This document shows positions 60,224-64,000 of a DNA stretch of 64,000 nucleotides, piece after piece. The stretch's first letter is position 1. Every line of letters begins with the position of its first letter. Below the pieces are notes generated by a model, which worked only from the letters and a program-made list of their open reading frames with translations, had not been told where the DNA came from and ran no database searches. This stretch comes from an uncultured Candidatus Saccharibacteria bacterium. Lineage in GTDB: Bacteria > Patescibacteriota > Minisyncoccia > Phycocordibacterales > CAIZLB01. Both the position numbers and the translations under genes were made by a program. The stretch spans positions 19,689-83,688 of the forward strand of contig CAZVIP010000003.1 in the NCBI GenBank assembly GCA_964627085.1, written 5' to 3'.

Positions 60224-60664
60224 TTATTCATTTTCAGTCTCAAAAGAATCGTCTTCGAGGTTTTCATCATCCATGTCTCGAGAAGCCTCCCTGTTTGTGT
60301 CTCTACCTGTCTTTGCTGACCTTGTTTTTCGAGATGCATCTTTCTTATGTGGTGATTTGGCAGTCTTTGACTGTGTAGACTTACCTTGCTTCTTTAGGCT
60401 CTGCCCTATAATACTTGTCACAAAACCGAGTGCACTTCCAAACACCCCTGGTGCTTTTGCGGCTTTTTCTCTGAATGCAGCTCTGATTTCTGCCATATCA
60501 TCAGCAATAATATCACTGCCGTTTCTTATTCTTTTGGCGATGTATTCGATATGTCTGGCGGCTTTAATAAAATAAAAAAGAATTAAAAGAGAAACAAGCG
60601 TAATACAAATAACTGCAATAGAGGTAATAAAGAAGAATATGTCAGATTTTAAAATTGATTCCAT
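60224..60664 (-). CDS. Hypothetical membrane protein
   Basis: DIFFFITSIAV N-terminal TM; basic then acidic tail. Confidence 0.75.
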   Translation of the reverse strand: MESILKSDIFFFITSIAVICITLVSLLILFYFIKAARHIEYIAKRIRNGSDIIADDMAEIRAAFREKAAKAPGVFGSALGFVTSIIGQSLKKQGKSTQSKTAKSPHKKDASRKTRSAKTGRDTNREASRDMDDENLEDDSFETENE

Positions 60665-60699
60665 AAATATATATTAAATAATAATTGGCATATTTTAAT

Positions 60700-61566
60700 C
60701 TAAGCCTTGTTCTGAGTTGTTTTACTTTGAGCCGATTTTTCCTGCACTACCCTAATTTTAGATCGATCAGAATTTGCCTGAGCGCCCGAATGTTCATAAC
60801 CAAACATATGTCCAAAAATTGAGCCTGCGCTAGATGGCAATTCCCCGTGACGATTCGGAGCTGGATGCCCCTTGACGGTGAGCAAGACAATAAATAGTGT
60901 AAGTAGCACGAAGTGAATCGCAAATAGCAAAGTGCCCCCAAAAGCACCAAATGGCGACACAAATGCAAATAGATACATGAAGGCAATCCACCCAGGCAGA
61001 TCGAGGTTATGAAGCCTTCTTACAATAAGAGAAAGGACAATGATAGTCACCGGAGCAAACATAAATGGCACACACATCAGCCATATACCGTATGAATCCT
61101 GCTCGACAAAAGCCAAAACTTGATTATAGAAATGAGGGAACAGTATCTGGACCCATGTGACCATTATCGAGAAGAAAACAAAACCAAGCCCGAAAAAGAA
61201 CAAAACCCCCATCAAAAAATCCTTTCTTCTTAGTCTTCCCTTAAAAAGACCCTTGTGAGTGATTTCAGCTGTAACGATCTGTGATGCTTCAGCAAAATCC
61301 TGTGTATCTAACCCTGGATTATTGACAACTTTTGTTTCAATCTTTTTTGACAAAGGAGGCAAAAAATCATTCTGTGCGGCTTCACGCTGATGTGTTGGCA
61401 TCTCTTCGTCTAGGAGGTACTTCACCGCTCTCTTGACTTCTGCTACAGCAAAACCAGCGCGTGAAAGCATATCTTCAATCTGTTTTGGAGTATTCCCATG
61501 ATCAAGCTTTTGCTTAATTAGATGGAGCATTCCTTTGTCGAAATCTTTATTGATTATTTTTGTCAT
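60700..61566 (-). CDS. DUF805 domain membrane protein
   Basis: FKGRLRRKDF, VRRLHNL..PGW, KG...PNRHG. Confidence 0.85.
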   Translation of the reverse strand: MTKIINKDFDKGMLHLIKQKLDHGNTPKQIEDMLSRAGFAVAEVKRAVKYLLDEEMPTHQREAAQNDFLPPLSKKIETKVVNNPGLDTQDFAEASQIVTAEITHKGLFKGRLRRKDFLMGVLFFFGLGFVFFSIMVTWVQILFPHFYNQVLAFVEQDSYGIWLMCVPFMFAPVTIIVLSLIVRRLHNLDLPGWIAFMYLFAFVSPFGAFGGTLLFAIHFVLLTLFIVLLTVKGHPAPNRHGELPSSAGSIFGHMFGYEHSGAQANSDRSKIRVVQEKSAQSKTTQNKA

Positions 61567-61716
61567 TATATACCCACTAACTATACAACAAATTTTCATT
61601 TTAAAAAACCACACCTAAGAAATCGGTGAACTGATAGACTTTTTTTCACACAGGAGTAAACTACGAATAGATTCGCAGCTCTTTGCTAATCACCAAAACT
61701 CAACCAGAGATTCAAA

Positions 61717-61953
61717 ATGAACACATATCACAGAGGGGTTATTAAATACTACTGGTTAATACCACTCATCCTGGCCATTGTAGGTATCCCGACCTACATA
61801 TTTTGGACCAACATTGTCTCAGCTATCAAGCATTTCCTGAGTGCAAACTGGGGTTTGATACTTGTAATCACCATCCTGCTCATCATTCATTTCACCATCA
61901 GACTTATGGGTAACTTAAAACCTGGCGGGACGTGGAGGGACAGACATCAATGA
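61717..61953 (+). CDS. Small 2-TM hypothetical protein
   Basis: 78-aa ORF with own promoter (61635-61662) and downstream hairpin. Confidence 0.6.
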   Translation: MNTYHRGVIKYYWLIPLILAIVGIPTYIFWTNIVSAIKHFLSANWGLILVITILLIIHFTIRLMGNLKPGGTWRDRHQ

Positions 61954-62094
61954 CGCACCGATTGCGTCATGACACATGTTTGGTGGCATACAACCAGGGT
62001 CAGCCGATACAAAAAAAAACCGGAATCAACATTGACGATAAGTCAGTCGAGATTCCGGTTTTCGCTTTTCTTAAATTTTTATCTGGAGAGCTTT

Positions 62095-62421
62095 TTAAAA
62101 TTCTGCGTCGATGGCCTTGAGATCAGCTTCATTGTCCCCAGAACTTATCGCATCTATTTCAGCGTACAAAGGATCACTTGCAAGATTTGCGTCAATATCC
62201 GTAACTGCAGTTCCAGATGCATTTTGTTCATACATTTTTACAACATTCGCCGGACCAATATCCGCACGCTTAGGATATACAAATACAATCCAGGCGGCCA
62301 CTGCAAGCATAACTATAACTAAGATAACAAGAAGTGAAACAAGTCGTGCGCTAGAATGAGGGGCTTCATTTAGCGTTTGCGAATCATTTTTCTTTACACC
62401 ACTTTCGATAATTGGATCCAT
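62095..62421 (-). CDS. Small single-TM hypothetical protein
   Basis: TM plus acidic helical tail. Confidence 0.7.
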   Translation of the reverse strand: MDPIIESGVKKNDSQTLNEAPHSSARLVSLLVILVIVMLAVAAWIVFVYPKRADIGPANVVKMYEQNASGTAVTDIDANLASDPLYAEIDAISSGDNEADLKAIDAEF

Positions 62422-62476
62422 ATAATTTATTTATGTTTATTTTTTTGATAAAGAGATACACACCTATAGTGATAAA

Positions 62477-63223
62477 TTATTGTACCAATGGTGTTGTTGT
62501 TCCAACTGGTGCATTGTCTTCATTCTTTACAATTACCCGGAGAACATTCTTATATGCAGTTGTCGTTGATTTGACACTATCCTCACCTTTCTTTGCCAAA
62601 TCTCTAAAGACAGCACTCGCAGTAGATGTAGAAGTCTCAGAGGCAGCAGATTGTTTGATTGCAGCAATGGTTGTTTTTGTGGAAGCAAATGAATCACGAG
62701 CTGTTACCAAGAGAGCAGTCGCCTGTATAGTATCTTTTCCGGCAGTAGATAATTTAGCGATTCTGGCCTCAATATTTGAATCGAGCTTTGCAAGCCTGTC
62801 GATTCGGTTGTCAAAGCGTGTCGCAATAGCAGTCATCCGCTTAGAAACCCTTTCGCTTGCCTTTTGTTCGAGTTTCTTTGTTTTAAATTCTTTGTTTTCA
62901 TCTTTCTTTGCTTTGATATCGGCCCTGAGCTTTTCAACTTTAGACTTTACTTCTTCGCGCTCCTTCTCGATATTTGCTCTAATGTTGTCTTTTGTAGATG
63001 AAGCAATCTTATTGGATTTCAATGTAGAACTAGCAGTACGAAGATCGTGAATTCTCTCCTTTCTTTCTTCTCGCAAATCTTTGATATCACCTCGAATATC
63101 CTTTATTTCATTTCTGATTTCACCTCTCTCAGCTTGTGCAACCTGAACAGATCCCAGCGCAAGGAGCATAAAGCAAAATGAAGAAACAATCGCTATTTTC
63201 TTGGGGGTATTTTTAAACATCAT
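62477..63223 (-). CDS. Exported coiled-coil protein
   Basis: Signal peptide (..VAQA) followed by K/E/R heptads. Confidence 0.75.
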   Translation of the reverse strand: MMFKNTPKKIAIVSSFCFMLLALGSVQVAQAERGEIRNEIKDIRGDIKDLREERKERIHDLRTASSTLKSNKIASSTKDNIRANIEKEREEVKSKVEKLRADIKAKKDENKEFKTKKLEQKASERVSKRMTAIATRFDNRIDRLAKLDSNIEARIAKLSTAGKDTIQATALLVTARDSFASTKTTIAAIKQSAASETSTSTASAVFRDLAKKGEDSVKSTTTAYKNVLRVIVKNEDNAPVGTTTPLVQ

Positions 63224-63276
63224 AAATATATAACAGAATTACAAACCGGTATTAATACCTAAATTATACCCCCAAA

Positions 63277-63735
63277 CTATTTCTTGGACAATTCAACTAT
63301 GTGCGCGAAATCTAGCGCAGAAACAGGCTGTATAGAGAGCCTCATGCCCTTTTTGGCTACAAGCATATTCGCAAGCGATGGATCAATCTTCATCTCTGCT
63401 AGAGTGACCACTCTCTTGAGTTTCTTCTCGAACTTCATATCAACCAATATCCACTCAATCTTTTTATTTGATTCAAAATATTCGCTCTTAATATCATCCG
63501 CTGTCTTGTCCTTGTAAGGAAGACTGTCTACACGTGCAATACCTGCAACACCTGTATGTTCAGGTTTTGTATTTGAATGATAAAAGAGACAAAGGTCACC
63601 AATTTTCATTTCATCACGCATAAAGTTTCGCGCTTGATAATTGCGAACACCGCTCCATGGCGTCACATCATCTGCTTGCAAATGATCAATTGAATATGTA
63701 TTCGGTTCTGATTTAATAAGCCAATATTTTTTCAT
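63277..63735 (-). CDS. EVE domain protein
   Basis: YWLIKSEP, WSGVRNYQARN, FYHS, RLSIQPV. Confidence 0.95.
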   Translation of the reverse strand: MKKYWLIKSEPNTYSIDHLQADDVTPWSGVRNYQARNFMRDEMKIGDLCLFYHSNTKPEHTGVAGIARVDSLPYKDKTADDIKSEYFESNKKIEWILVDMKFEKKLKRVVTLAEMKIDPSLANMLVAKKGMRLSIQPVSALDFAHIVELSKK

Positions 63736-63800
63736 AGTCTAGAGATATTTGGGATTTCAGAATAATCATCACTTCTTGGACTCTTAGCCTCTTGTATCCG

Positions 63801-64000
63801 CTAGAGCTTGCGAATAACTGCCCGCACAACAGCTCGGATATCGAGCTCATAGTCCGGATAGATTGGCTTGAATAATTTATTTGCAGGCTCAAGATAGACT
63901 TGGCCTTTTTTGTCCTTTTTGTAGAACTTCATAGTCCAGCCACCATCAACTAGCGCAATGACAATGTCACCAATTTTTGGATTATCATTTCTCTCGACGA
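63801..64000 (-). CDS. lexA: 3' end of LexA/S24-family peptidase (partial; not in ORF track)
   Basis: Manual translation VER..NPKIGDIVIALVDGGWTMKFY...YLEPANKLFKPIYP..ELDIRAVVRAVIRKL*, TAG at 63801-63803. Confidence 0.85.
   Translation of the reverse strand, partial: VERNDNPKIGDIVIALVDGGWTMKFYKKDKKGQVYLEPANKLFKPIYPDYELDIRAVVRAVIRKL

Noticed and set aside
1-64000. Alternative genetic code (TGA=Gly as in Gracilibacteria/Absconditabacteria)
   Set aside because: Conserved genes are intact under code 11 and several end at TGA (e.g. 6877-6879, 19647-19649, 55821-55823)

Overview
Gene-dense, AT-rich bacterial chromosome segment using standard code 11 (TGA serves as stop). Its gene content and style point to a Patescibacteria/CPR (Parcubacteria-like) genome; this is inferred, not searched. 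Housekeeping genes include tsaD, valS, fbaA, murJ, class II RNR (nrdJ), ung, htpX-lemA, secG, RNase J, dsbB-dsbA, mscL, a solitary purC and the 3' end of lexA. RNA genes are tRNA-Phe(GAA), tRNA-Arg(CCT), tRNA-Ser(GGA) and an enlarged (~560 nt) RNase P RNA. Between these lie many stand-alone accessory genes, each with its own sigma70 promoter, long structured leader and terminator. I found no CRISPR array, transposase, integrase or prophage. The most interesting unexplained signals are: (i) a ~350-nt hairpin-packed transcription unit carrying an unannotated 37-aa Cys-tailed ORF, divergent from a Fur/Zur-YibE/F-ZIP operon; (ii) a 750-aa fusion of a class II terpene-cyclase-like domain and a class I isoprenoid-synthase-like domain; (iii) an outer-membrane-type beta-barrel in a lineage thought to lack an outer membrane; (iv) recurring boxA-like and hairpin motifs in accessory-gene leaders; (v) a hairpin element ending in a copy of the tRNA-Arg 3' end. 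All product calls come from motif recognition by eye, with no database search or folding computation.
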